Assembly: GCA_963793105.1 (NCBI GenBank)
Contig: CAWBZB010000015.1
Coordinates: 6,168-70,167, forward strand
DNA from: an uncultured bacterium
GTDB lineage: Bacteria; Actinomycetota; Actinomycetes; S36-B12
Direction: 5' to 3'
Length of the DNA: 64,000 nt
A program made the translations under genes and the position numbers. Positions 49,101-56,684 of this stretch are shown in pieces (the first letter of the stretch is position 1; each line of letters opens with the position of its first letter). The notes under the pieces are model-generated. The model ran no database searches. It saw only the letters and a list, made by a program, of their open reading frames with translations, and was not told the DNA's origin.

Positions 49101-49277
49101 CGGACTCTTCCCAGCCGCTGTGCGGCCGGTGGTTACCTGGCGTCGGTGGGAACAGGCTCGCAGGCAGGCGTGGCGCGGTGCGTGCGCCGTCACTCGAGGA
49201 GCGCGTGCAGTGAAGAATCGCGTGGTGCGACGACGTGTGGAGTTGGTGTGAGCAATCCCATCCGCAGGCAGGCGGTC

Positions 49278-49637
49278 CTAGGAGACACGGGCCGTGGATT
49301 CCCGGTCCGTGTCAAGAGGCTTCCACAGGAGCCGCGTCGCCGTGGTCCGGGCGATCACGTGGAATCCGTGGCGGAGGTAGAACCCGCCCGCGTCGCGCTT
49401 GCCGGAGGATTCTGAGGGGTACAGGTCGCTGTTGGCCACCACGATCGCGCGGTACTGGATCGTGAGCGTCGACATGAGGAATCCGAGTAGGTGGCCTCCC
49501 GAGGTGGCCGCGAAGGCCAGTGCGTCCGCAGCGTGTGTATGGAGGCGCGTTCTCTGGGGGAGGCGCTCGAGAAGTTCGCAGTGCATCTCGGTGATTCCCG
49601 GAAGGTCCGCTTCCACCGCCGGGCCAATGTCGACCAT
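49278..49637 (-). CDS. short GNAT-like acetyltransferase fragment or hypothetical protein
   Basis: ORF 49278..49637. The terminal FYLRHGF resembles the GNAT C-terminus, but the acetyl-CoA-binding motif is not evident. Confidence 0.3.
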   Translation of the reverse strand: MVDIGPAVEADLPGITEMHCELLERLPQRTRLHTHAADALAFAATSGGHLLGFLMSTLTIQYRAIVVANSDLYPSESSGKRDAGGFYLRHGFHVIARTTATRLLWKPLDTDRESTARVS

Positions 49638-49696
49638 GATCCGATGCTAGCGATCGACCGCACGGCCTTCGTCGTCTGCATGACTACACTCCCGTC

Positions 49697-50511
49697 GTGA
49701 TCTCTGTCGTCGTGGCCGCCCGAGACGAGGAGCCGCGGATCGCGGATTGCATTGGGTCGGTGGTGGCCTGGGCGGACGAGGTCGTTGTCGTGGACGATCA
49801 CAGCACGGATCGCACGGCAGCGGTGGCGGAGGAGTGCGGTGCCCGGGTCGTCCGACTCGAGGGCAGCCTTCTCGAGATCGATGAGGTCCGGGGTCGTCCA
49901 GACCTGGTCTTCCGCGAGGGGTTTCTCGCGGCCCGGGGCGACTGGATCCTGCGGATGGATGCGGACGAGCGCCCGAGCCCGGACCTGCTCACCCGTCTCG
50001 GCGAGGTCGCAGCGGAGGGTGGTTACTCGGGGGTGAGGTTCGCCCGCCGCTACTACTACTTCGGGGACTGGCTGCGCCACGGCGGGTGGTTCCGCTCGGA
50101 GCAACTCGGCTTCTTCCGGGCCGATGCGTGGGATAGATCGTGGCCGCGGGCGATCCACCAGCACGTGTCGGTGGCCGGCCGGGTGCTCGCTCTTCCGGCC
50201 GACGAGTCGCTGAGCATGGCGCACCTGGAGTATGACGACGTCACGCAGTTCGTGACCCGTGCCCTGCTGTCCTACGCGCGTGCGGACGGGCGCGGGCGGG
50301 CGCGGGCCGGTGGACCCGCCCGGCGCCCGTCACTGTTCGCGAGGCCAGCGCGTCGCGCGCTCGGGCGTTACGTGCTGCGGGGTGGCTTTCGGGATGGGAC
50401 CAGGGAGCGGTGGCCGCCGCCCTGCTGGGGGCCTACGAGGTGTGCGCCGAGGCGTACGCCTGGGAGGCGACCCGGTCCGCTTCTCAGTCGGCGTGGAGCA
50501 GCTCGGAGTAG
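49697..50511 (+). pseudogene. glycosyltransferase family 2, frame change near 50395
   Basis: ORF 49697..50548 (ISVVVAARDEE, DDHSTD, RMDADE ... YVLRGGFRDG) continues in another frame as QGAVAAALLGAYEVCAEAYAWE up to the TAG at 50509-50511. Confidence 0.7.
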
Positions 50512-51623
50512 GCGCCCTCGATGGTCGAACGCCATTGCGCCTCGCTGAATTCGGCCTCGAAGGCACTGCGGGCGGTGTTTCGGAGGGCCTGGCCGCCGCG
50601 GCCGACATCCTCGAGCGCTGATGCCAGGGATGCCGCGGAGCTGTAGATCCTCCCGGCGCCGGTCGACTCGATGTACGCGGCGAGCCCGCTGCCCGCCCGG
50701 GCGATGACGGGAACCGAGCCCTCCCATGCCTCGACCGCCACGAGTGGAACGGCGCCCTCGGGGCCGACGCTCGGCACGATCATCGCGGAGTACTCCCACA
50801 GGCGTGCGCGCCATCGGGCGTTGTCGATCGCGCCGAGCAGAGTGACGTCCGGATGCGCGGGCAACCGGACGGTCGCGTCCTCTGACGCGCCTCCGATGAT
50901 GTCGAGCCGCCGACCAGGTGGCCACTGCTCGACGAGCTCCGCGAAGCCCTTCTCGGCACTGAGCCGTCCGACCGCGAGGTACCGAGGCAGTGGGGGCGGC
51001 AGTGTGGTGCTCCCATGGATGTCGGTGGTGAAGTTGGGCACCAGGCGCATGCGGTCGGAGGGGATGCCGAAGCGCAGGAACAGGTCCCGCGCCACCGGCG
51101 ACAGCACGATGACCCGGTCGGCCCGGGCGACGACGGGGTGCGCGGCGATGCCGTGCCGGTTGGCGATGGCCAGGGGCAGGCTCGCTACGGCGGACCCTCG
51201 GTAGCACGCATGCCGCACACCGGCGAGACGGTCGCCGTCGGGACATTCCGTGCACCAGGCGTTGTCGCGCAGCAGGAGCGCGTTGACGCACGCGTACCGG
51301 TAGTTGTGGAGTGTGGTGACGAGCGGTCCGGACCAGGTCTTGAGCCATCGGGTGCCGAAGTTCGGGAAGAGGTTGTGCACGTGGACGAGGTCCGGCCGAA
51401 AGGCATGGAGCTCGGCGACCGGGCTGGCGCCTCGGCCCGACGCGACGCGCACCGCCGACTGGAGCGGGTACAGCGCCCGGCGGGACTCGTCGTCGGTGTG
51501 CCGCGCGACGACGAGCACGTCGTGGCCGGCCTCGGCGAGCGAGCGGACCTGCTCCAGGACGGTCGCGTTCTCCCCGCTGGGGTTGCTTGATGCGTAGAAG
51601 CTGTGGACGATCCCGATGCGCAC
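50484..51623 (-). CDS. glycosyltransferase family 4
   Basis: ORF 50484..51623. GT-B fold with N-terminal IGIVHSFY and the EX7E-like region GPEGAVPLVAVEAWEGSVPVI. Confidence 0.85.
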   Translation of the reverse strand: MRIGIVHSFYASSNPSGENATVLEQVRSLAEAGHDVLVVARHTDDESRRALYPLQSAVRVASGRGASPVAELHAFRPDLVHVHNLFPNFGTRWLKTWSGPLVTTLHNYRYACVNALLLRDNAWCTECPDGDRLAGVRHACYRGSAVASLPLAIANRHGIAAHPVVARADRVIVLSPVARDLFLRFGIPSDRMRLVPNFTTDIHGSTTLPPPLPRYLAVGRLSAEKGFAELVEQWPPGRRLDIIGGASEDATVRLPAHPDVTLLGAIDNARWRARLWEYSAMIVPSVGPEGAVPLVAVEAWEGSVPVIARAGSGLAAYIESTGAGRIYSSAASLASALEDVGRGGQALRNTARSAFEAEFSEAQWRSTIEGAYSELLHAD

Positions 51624-51629
51624 AGGCGG

Positions 51630-52028
51630 CTACCCGTCGTGCTTGCCGGCGGGGAGGTCGACGATCTTGCAGGGGATCGCCGTGTTGTCGGCGAGGTGGT
51701 ACGACGCGCAGACGCGGTGGTAGCCGTCGGCGATGGTCAGCGGCACGCCCCGGTGGAGGTCGCCGCGCACGAGCAGGACGGGCGACAGCTTGGTCCCCTT
51801 GATCACCTTCGCGAGGTCCTCGGCCACGTGCGCGTCGCTGAACGGCAGCAGCTCGAGCCCGGACGCCCGCAGGAGGTCCTTGGCCTGGTAGGTCGTGATG
51901 GGGGCCTTCTTCAGCGCCTTGACCACGGAGTCGACGTCGCGCTTGGTCAGGTGCAGGCTCAGGTAGGTGGCGGCGGCCGGGTAGTCGTGCGCGTCGGGCT
52001 TCTCGTCCCACAGGGGCGTCTCGGTCAT
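51630..52028 (-). CDS. small ParB/sulfiredoxin-fold (DGxHR) protein, function unknown
   Basis: ORF 51630..52142 from MTETPLW. LSPVLLVRG...PLTIADGYHRVCA resembles the ParB N-terminal domain core. The stop is 6 nt from the GT4 start. Confidence 0.45.
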   Translation of the reverse strand: MTETPLWDEKPDAHDYPAAATYLSLHLTKRDVDSVVKALKKAPITTYQAKDLLRASGLELLPFSDAHVAEDLAKVIKGTKLSPVLLVRGDLHRGVPLTIADGYHRVCASYHLADNTAIPCKIVDLPAGKHDG

Positions 52029-52183
52029 GATCTGCACGGCGGTCTCCGCTTCGCGAGGTGAGGGCGTGCCCCTCACCCTAGCGACGGGGTGTCCGCGCGG
52101 GGTCCTCATCGACAGCGCTGCGTTGGTAGGTTCCGGTGGCATGAGCGCCGAACAGCGTTGCCGAGCTGACCGACTTCGACAAC

Positions 52184-52915
52184 ATGGCCTATGAGGGCCA
52201 CCGCTGGGCGTCCGAGGCGATCGGCACGTTCTTCCTCGTCATCGTCGCGGCCGGCGCTCCGATGATGAACCAGGCGTTCGACCAGTCGGTCGGTCGGGTC
52301 GCGGCGGTGGTCGCGCCGGGCGTCATGGTGATGGCCATGATCATGTACATGGGCAAGGTGTCCGGCGCCCACTTCAACCCGGGCGTCACGCTGGCGTTCA
52401 GCCTGCGCGGGGACTTCCCGTGGCGACGGGTCCCCGGCTACCTCGTCGCCCAGCTCGTCGGCGCGACCCTCGCGGTCCTGGTCGCGCAGGCGATCATCGG
52501 GGTCTCCGGGTCCTACGGGGCGACCTTCCCGGCGGACACGAGCACGCCGATGGCCGCGTTCTGGATGGAGCTCATCCTCACCTTCGGGCTGCTGAGCGTG
52601 ATCCTCGGGACGGCGTCGGGGGCGCAGAACATCGGCATCATCGGAGCGATCGGCGTCGGCGGCTACATCGCGCTCGCGGGGCTGTGGGCCAGCCCGCTGT
52701 CGGGGGCGTCCATGAACACCTTCCGCAGCCTGGGCCCCGCGATCGTCGCCAACGACTACTCGTCGATCTGGGTCTACGTCGCCGGACCGCTCATCGGGGC
52801 GGTGCTTGCCGTCGGCGCGGCGATGGCGCTGCGAGGCGCCGGGGGCGGACGCACCGGGTCGCTGGCCGCGCAGGGTGCCTACGCCCCCGAGGTGCGCAAG
52901 CCCGACAAGGCGTAG
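52184..52915 (+). CDS. MIP/aquaporin family channel with deviant NPA boxes
   Basis: ORF 52184..52915. Six TM helices. SGAHFNPGVTLA and SGASMNTFRSLGP occupy the two NPA positions. Confidence 0.85.
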   Translation: MAYEGHRWASEAIGTFFLVIVAAGAPMMNQAFDQSVGRVAAVVAPGVMVMAMIMYMGKVSGAHFNPGVTLAFSLRGDFPWRRVPGYLVAQLVGATLAVLVAQAIIGVSGSYGATFPADTSTPMAAFWMELILTFGLLSVILGTASGAQNIGIIGAIGVGGYIALAGLWASPLSGASMNTFRSLGPAIVANDYSSIWVYVAGPLIGAVLAVGAAMALRGAGGGRTGSLAAQGAYAPEVRKPDKA

Positions 52916-52919
52916 CCGA

Positions 52920-53342
52920 TCAGAGCGCGAACGCCGCCGAGTCGGGCAGGAAGTAGTGGTACGGGTTGATGTACAGGGCGATCTTCAACCCGGCTGCGGT
53001 GCGCTGCACGATCCAGTCCTCGCCGACGACCACCTTGATGACCCCTTCTGCGCCGACCACCCGGCCCTCCCAGTAGACCGCGCCGACCGCGCGTGCCCGC
53101 TCCGGCTCGGACGACAGCGGGGTGATCTCCCACGGGTCGAGGGGAATGTGCTTCTCGTCGGTGAGCCGCTGGTGGATCTCGTAGTTGCCCTGCATCGTGA
53201 TGTCCTCCCCGTGCGGCACGACGATGACGGGCGAGGGGTGCACGAAGTAGGCCGACTGCGCGGCGGCGTCGCCCTTGTCGATCATGACGGTCTCGTGGAA
53301 CCGGTTCATGAGGTCGAGGACCTCGTCGATCGTGATGGCCAT
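52920..53342 (-). CDS. NTF2/SnoaL-like fold protein (tentative)
   Basis: ORF 52920..53342 with SD AGGAG 6 nt upstream. Size and alpha+beta pattern only. Confidence 0.45.
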   Translation of the reverse strand: MAITIDEVLDLMNRFHETVMIDKGDAAAQSAYFVHPSPVIVVPHGEDITMQGNYEIHQRLTDEKHIPLDPWEITPLSSEPERARAVGAVYWEGRVVGAEGVIKVVVGEDWIVQRTAAGLKIALYINPYHYFLPDSAAFAL

Positions 53343-53424
53343 GCGGGGCTCCTGAGTGTCGGGGCGTGGTGACGAGGGTCGAGCCGACCGTGCACCGTCC
53401 GGTCAGCGCTGTGCGCTCGCGCGC

Positions 53425-53694
53425 TCAGGAATCCGACGCGGTGAGGATCCCGATCGTCGTCATCTTCGCCAGGAACGGCTCGACGTCCGCGCGGCACCGC
53501 TCGTCGCTGACGTCGAACTCCTCCCGCAGTGACGAGACCAGGGCGTCGACCGTCGCCGGCTCCGCCAGCAGCGCCCAGACGCGCGCCCCCACACGGTCGA
53601 GCGAGTGGTAGCTGAAGTCGGCAGGAGAGAGCAGGACGACCTGGCCGTCGACGACAGCGTCGACGGCTCCGGTGGCGCGTGAGTACACGGTCAT
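53425..53694 (-). CDS. PqqD-family peptide chaperone (RiPP recognition element)
   Basis: ORF 53425..53763 from ATG 53694, with ATGA overlap on the kinase stop. VVLLSPADFSYHSLDRVGARVWALL...TVDALVSSLREEFDV...DVEPFL is the typical PqqD pattern. Confidence 0.8.
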   Translation of the reverse strand: MTVYSRATGAVDAVVDGQVVLLSPADFSYHSLDRVGARVWALLAEPATVDALVSSLREEFDVSDERCRADVEPFLAKMTTIGILTASDS

Positions 53695-54562
53695 GGCGGC
53701 GTGGTGCTCCCTTGGTCGACGATGATCGAGGCGATGTGGTCCAGGACGATGTCGAGGTGCCACCCTTCGGGCGGTCGGGTGACGCGGTGCACCTCGACGC
53801 TGGAGGCCAGCCGGGTGGCCCAGGCGAAGAACGAGTGAGCGCGACCGTCGGCAGCAGAGATGCCGGCGGAGTTGGAGTTGTTCAGGATCGCCTGGATCCG
53901 CTCGGCGCCCGACGAGCGGCGCGGCAGGCGACGTCGGTGGCAGTGCTCTCGTCGATCATCAGCTCGACGGCGACGCGGAGCGGCCGGGCGCCGTCGACCC
54001 ACGGGCACGCTCGCGCTGATCTTGCTGAGCTCGGACGTCCCGACGCGGGCCGTGTCGGGCACCTCGAAGTGCGCCGCGGCCTGGTCGGTGAGGTGCACGG
54101 GACGCTCCCAGCCGAAGACGATACGGCTGGTCGTCGACGAAGTCGACCGGGACGACGTCGTCGATGATCAGGTGCGTGCCCGCGGCGGCTCGAGTGCGGT
54201 GACGGTGGTGGACTTGCCGGCGCCGGAGAAGCCCATGACGGCCAGGGCGCCGGCGTCGATGACGACGGCGGACGCGTGCAGCGTGTACTCCTGCCGCAGG
54301 ACGCGGATCCAGCGCGGCGCCCACCCGTAGACCAGGTAGTCCATGTCGTGGACCGTGCGGCCGGGGCTCCGGCTCGAGGGTGACGCTCTGGGCGGTGACG
54401 TGCATGCGCCCGACGCCGTCGATCAGGGCGAGGAACTCACCGGGCGCCATCTGCATGAAGCCCTCGTCGCGGGTGACGCCCTCGAGGCTCTCGGCGATGG
54501 GCGCCGACGACCACGTCGACCCCCCATTCGCGCGCGGGGAAGCCGGCGGCGATGGAGGTCAT
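53691..54562 (-). pseudogene. HprK-related P-loop serine kinase (lasso/RiPP-associated type), at least six frame changes
   Basis: Seven colinear segments in three frames rebuild about 283 aa, including LHASAVVIDAGALAVMGFSGAGKSTTVTAL and HLIIDDVVPV. Frame changes lie near 54500, 54362, 54185, 54120, 53995 and 53915. Confidence 0.7.
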
Positions 54563-54569
54563 GGAGGGC

Positions 54570-54575
54570 AGGCTA
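54570..54575 (-). promoter_or_regulatory. -10-like hexamer TAGCCT, 7 nt upstream of the kinase ATG (possible leaderless start)
   Basis: The minus strand reads CAACTAGCCTgccctccATG and fits TANNNT. Confidence 0.3.
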
Positions 54576-54684
54576 GTTGACGGGTCCTGCCGCCGGCCTG
54601 CCTGAAGCCGGCCTCGACTTCGCGACCGCGAGTGGCCTGCGGTGCGGCTCAGCCGCTCGACGTCAGGGGTCGGCATTATGGAGC

Positions 54685-54813
54685 CTACGCTGGGTGGGGC
54701 TGGGACTGGGGGTGCCGTTGCGGATGCGGGCGTGACGGGTGCCCGGACGCGCCGTCGGCGTCGCTGAGGGGCGTGACCTCGGGGGCCTGCCAGTCGAGCT
54801 TCTCGCTAGTCAT
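54685..54813 (-). CDS. putative RiPP precursor peptide P1 (42 aa as written; tail frame uncertain)
   Basis: MTSEKLDWQAPEVTPLSDADGASGHPS... It is a DNA-level tandem paralogue of P2. Relative to P2 it has a 1-nt insertion near 54735 and lacks one AACGGC unit. Confidence 0.5.
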   Translation of the reverse strand: MTSEKLDWQAPEVTPLSDADGASGHPSRPHPQRHPQSQPHPA

Positions 54814-54822
54814 TGTCGGGTC

Positions 54823-54957
54823 CTAGGTTCGGGTGGGGCTGGGACTGGGGGTGCCGTTGCCGTTGCGGATGCGGGCGGACGGGTGCCCGGATGCGCCGTC
54901 GGCCTCGGTGATAGAGGTGACGTGCGGCGCGGTCCACTCGCTCTTGTCAGGAGTCAT
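54823..54957 (-). CDS. putative RiPP precursor peptide P2 (44 aa)
   Basis: MTPDKSEWTAPHVTSITEADGASGHPSARIRNGNGTPSPSPTRT, within ORF 54823..55008. GC3 is very high. Has the W-x-A-P-x-V leader-like motif. Confidence 0.55.
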   Translation of the reverse strand: MTPDKSEWTAPHVTSITEADGASGHPSARIRNGNGTPSPSPTRT

Positions 54958-54964
54958 GCGGGGG

Positions 54965-54970
54965 AGTCTA
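54965..54970 (-). promoter_or_regulatory. -10-like hexamer TAGACT, 7 nt upstream of the P2 ATG (possible leaderless start)
   Basis: The minus strand reads GCCTAGACTcccccgcATG. Confidence 0.3.
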
Positions 54971-55060
54971 GGCGGGCTCCGGCCTCCGGACAAGGACTTT
55001 TCCCGCAATTTCGGGCATGAGTGGATTCCGATTCGCCTACAGTCGGGCGCGGGAGGTTCG

Positions 55061-56104
55061 ATGCCAACACTGCGCCGCTACCTGTCGGCCGGGCGCGACG
55101 TCGCGCGTGACGCGGTGACCTGGCGCCCGGGTCGGCAGACCAGCGAGGACACCTACCTGGCCGTCCGCACCCTGCATCGCAAGACCGGAGGAGTCTCGAG
55201 CAGGGCCGCGCTCGCGGTGGTGCGGGCACGTGCACGACCGGGGCGGGGCTGACGCCGCGGGCGCGCTGGACGCCCGCGTGGCAGCCGGCGCTCGCGGACG
55301 GTGAGCAGGGACGGCGTCGAGCGTGACGCCGCCGCTGCTCGACGACGGCGGCCGCTGGCGCGGATCCGCGACTTCGCGGCGACGGCCCCGGCCATCCTGT
55401 CGCAGCGTCGACGGCAGCGACGCAGGCGCGGGACCCTGCAGGATCGGGACGCCGGACACGGCCGGGGTGCGCATCGTCGAGCGGTTCGTCCTCGACCAGC
55501 CCGACATCCAGGGCGTCATCGCCAGCCCGCAGGTGCGCGACTTCGCGCGCGGCCTACTTCCACGCGACCCCCGTGATGCACCCGCCGCAGCTGTACTGGT
55601 CGCTGCGCCGGCGCCCGGCTGATCGGGCGAGGCGGCGGCCGTCGAGCGCGCGTCGGTTCCACTGGGACTACGACGGCCTGGCCGGCCTGCGGCTGCACAT
55701 GTACCTGACCGACGTGGACGAGGGCGCGGCGCCGATGAGCTACGTCCTGGGCAGTCACGCCCAGGGCGGGCTTCGGTCACCGGCACTGCGGCAACGCGGA
55801 CATGGGCGTCGCCGACGAGGAGCTGTACGCGCAGTACCCGGCCTCGGCGGTGCGGGCCATCACCGGCCCGGCCGGCACGACGTTCATCAGCGACTCCCGG
55901 GGCCTGCACCGCGGCAACGACGCCATCAGCGCGGACCGGCTCTTCCTCGTCATGCCGATGCAGGCCACCGGGTTCGGCGGCTACCAGCTGCGCCCGCGGC
56001 TGGTGACCCCGAAGGACCCGGGGCTGAAGGCCGGGATCGAGCAGGGCCGGGTGGAGCTCAGCCTCTTCCGGCCCCGCCCCGAGGGGTCGGCCGGAACGCG
56101 CTGA
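55061..56104 (+). pseudogene. PhyH-like Fe(II)/2-oxoglutarate dioxygenase, at least three frame changes
   Basis: ATG 55061 follows GGGAGG. Colinear pieces lie in ORFs 54833..55252, 55323..55622, 55573..56433 and 55802..56104. FHWDYD...YVLGSH and GLHRG give a His-x-Asp...His triad. Confidence 0.6.
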
Positions 56105-56512
56105 CGGCCGTGAACCCGTCGCTTGCCGGTCCGCCGACCACGGTGCCGGTGCTGCCCGACCAGCCAGGCGTGGGCGTCCCAGCCATCGGTGCGGCGCAGG
56201 CCGATGATCGCCGTGCCGGGCCGTCGGCGCAGCCGCAGCATGACCTGTGCGGCCAGGGCCTGGTCGAGGCAGTTCGCCTGCCACGGCACGCGACGGACGG
56301 CACGGCCCACCGCCGCCTGCACGGACGCCTCGACTGCCGGTGGGCGAGGAGCCGTCCGGCCCGGCGTCGGGGGCGGGCACGGGGCTCCCGAGCAGGCGGT
56401 GCCAATGCCGCGTCGACAGGGTCCGGCGGGTGACGGATGCGACGGCGAGGACGGTCCATGCCTCGGCGAGCATCGCAAGGTCCATCGCCCGCACGCGCGC
56501 CCGCTCAGCCAC
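56058..56512 (-). pseudogene. lasso-peptide B2-type transglutaminase-like cysteine peptidase, two frame changes
   Basis: The N-terminus AMLAEAWTVLAVASVTRR is in ORF 55037..56512. The core RRVPWQANCLDQALAAQVMLRLRR...DAHAWLVG is in ORF 55981..56985. The tail STGTVVGGPASDGFTAV is in ORF 56058..56459. Confidence 0.7.
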
Positions 56513-56518
56513 GAGGTG

Positions 56519-56524
56519 ACTCTA
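56519..56524 (-). promoter_or_regulatory. -10-like hexamer TAGAGT, 6 nt upstream of the B2 GTG (possible leaderless start)
   Basis: The minus strand reads GCCTAGAGTcacctcGTG. Confidence 0.3.
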
Positions 56525-56558
56525 GGCCGACCTCCCCGCGAGGACCTAGGACGGCCGC

Positions 56559-56564
56559 TAGGGT
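56559..56564 (+). promoter_or_regulatory. -10-like hexamer TAGGGT, 7 nt upstream of the P3 ATG (possible leaderless start)
   Basis: The plus strand reads GCTAGGGTgacgcccATG. Confidence 0.3.
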
Positions 56565-56571
56565 GACGCCC

Positions 56572-56673
56572 ATGACGAATCCCAGCACCCCCGAGGCCCG
56601 CGAGCCCTGGCAGTCCCCGTCCGTCGAGCAGATCGCCGTGACCGACGACGCGCAGTCCATTTCCTTCGCCTGA
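56572..56673 (+). CDS. putative RiPP precursor peptide P3 (33 aa)
   Basis: MTNPSTPEAREPWQSPSVEQIAVTDDAQSISFA, the end of ORF 56437..56673. 31 of 33 codons end in G/C. Shares W-x-S-P-x-V-x-x-I with P1 and P2. Confidence 0.55.
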   Translation: MTNPSTPEAREPWQSPSVEQIAVTDDAQSISFA

Positions 56674-56684
56674 CCGATCCGGTC

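Noticed and set aside
49278-49637. Functional GNAT acetyltransferase.
   Set aside because: Only the C-terminal FYxxxGF-like element is recognisable and the acetyl-CoA-binding loop was not found. Retained as a low-confidence ORF in a visibly degraded region.
54685-54740. HPQ-rich tail of P1 (SRPHPQRHPQSQPHPA) as the true product.
   Set aside because: GC3 is lower than in the P2-type frame of the same DNA, and the tail arises from a single-base indel relative to P2. Kept as uncertain rather than asserted.
54958-55008. TTG-initiated 17-codon N-terminal extension of P2 (first M of ORF 54823..55008).
   Set aside because: It contains rare codons (CCT, AGA) and spans the TAGACT -10-like element. 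The internal ATG at 54957 gives a peptide colinear with P1.
56072-56082. 11-nt match (CCCCGCCCCGA) to the 3-prime end of tRNA-Pro as a possible att site of an integrated island.
   Set aside because: It is too short and too GC-rich to be meaningful. No integrase is present, and the match lies inside overlapping coding sequence.
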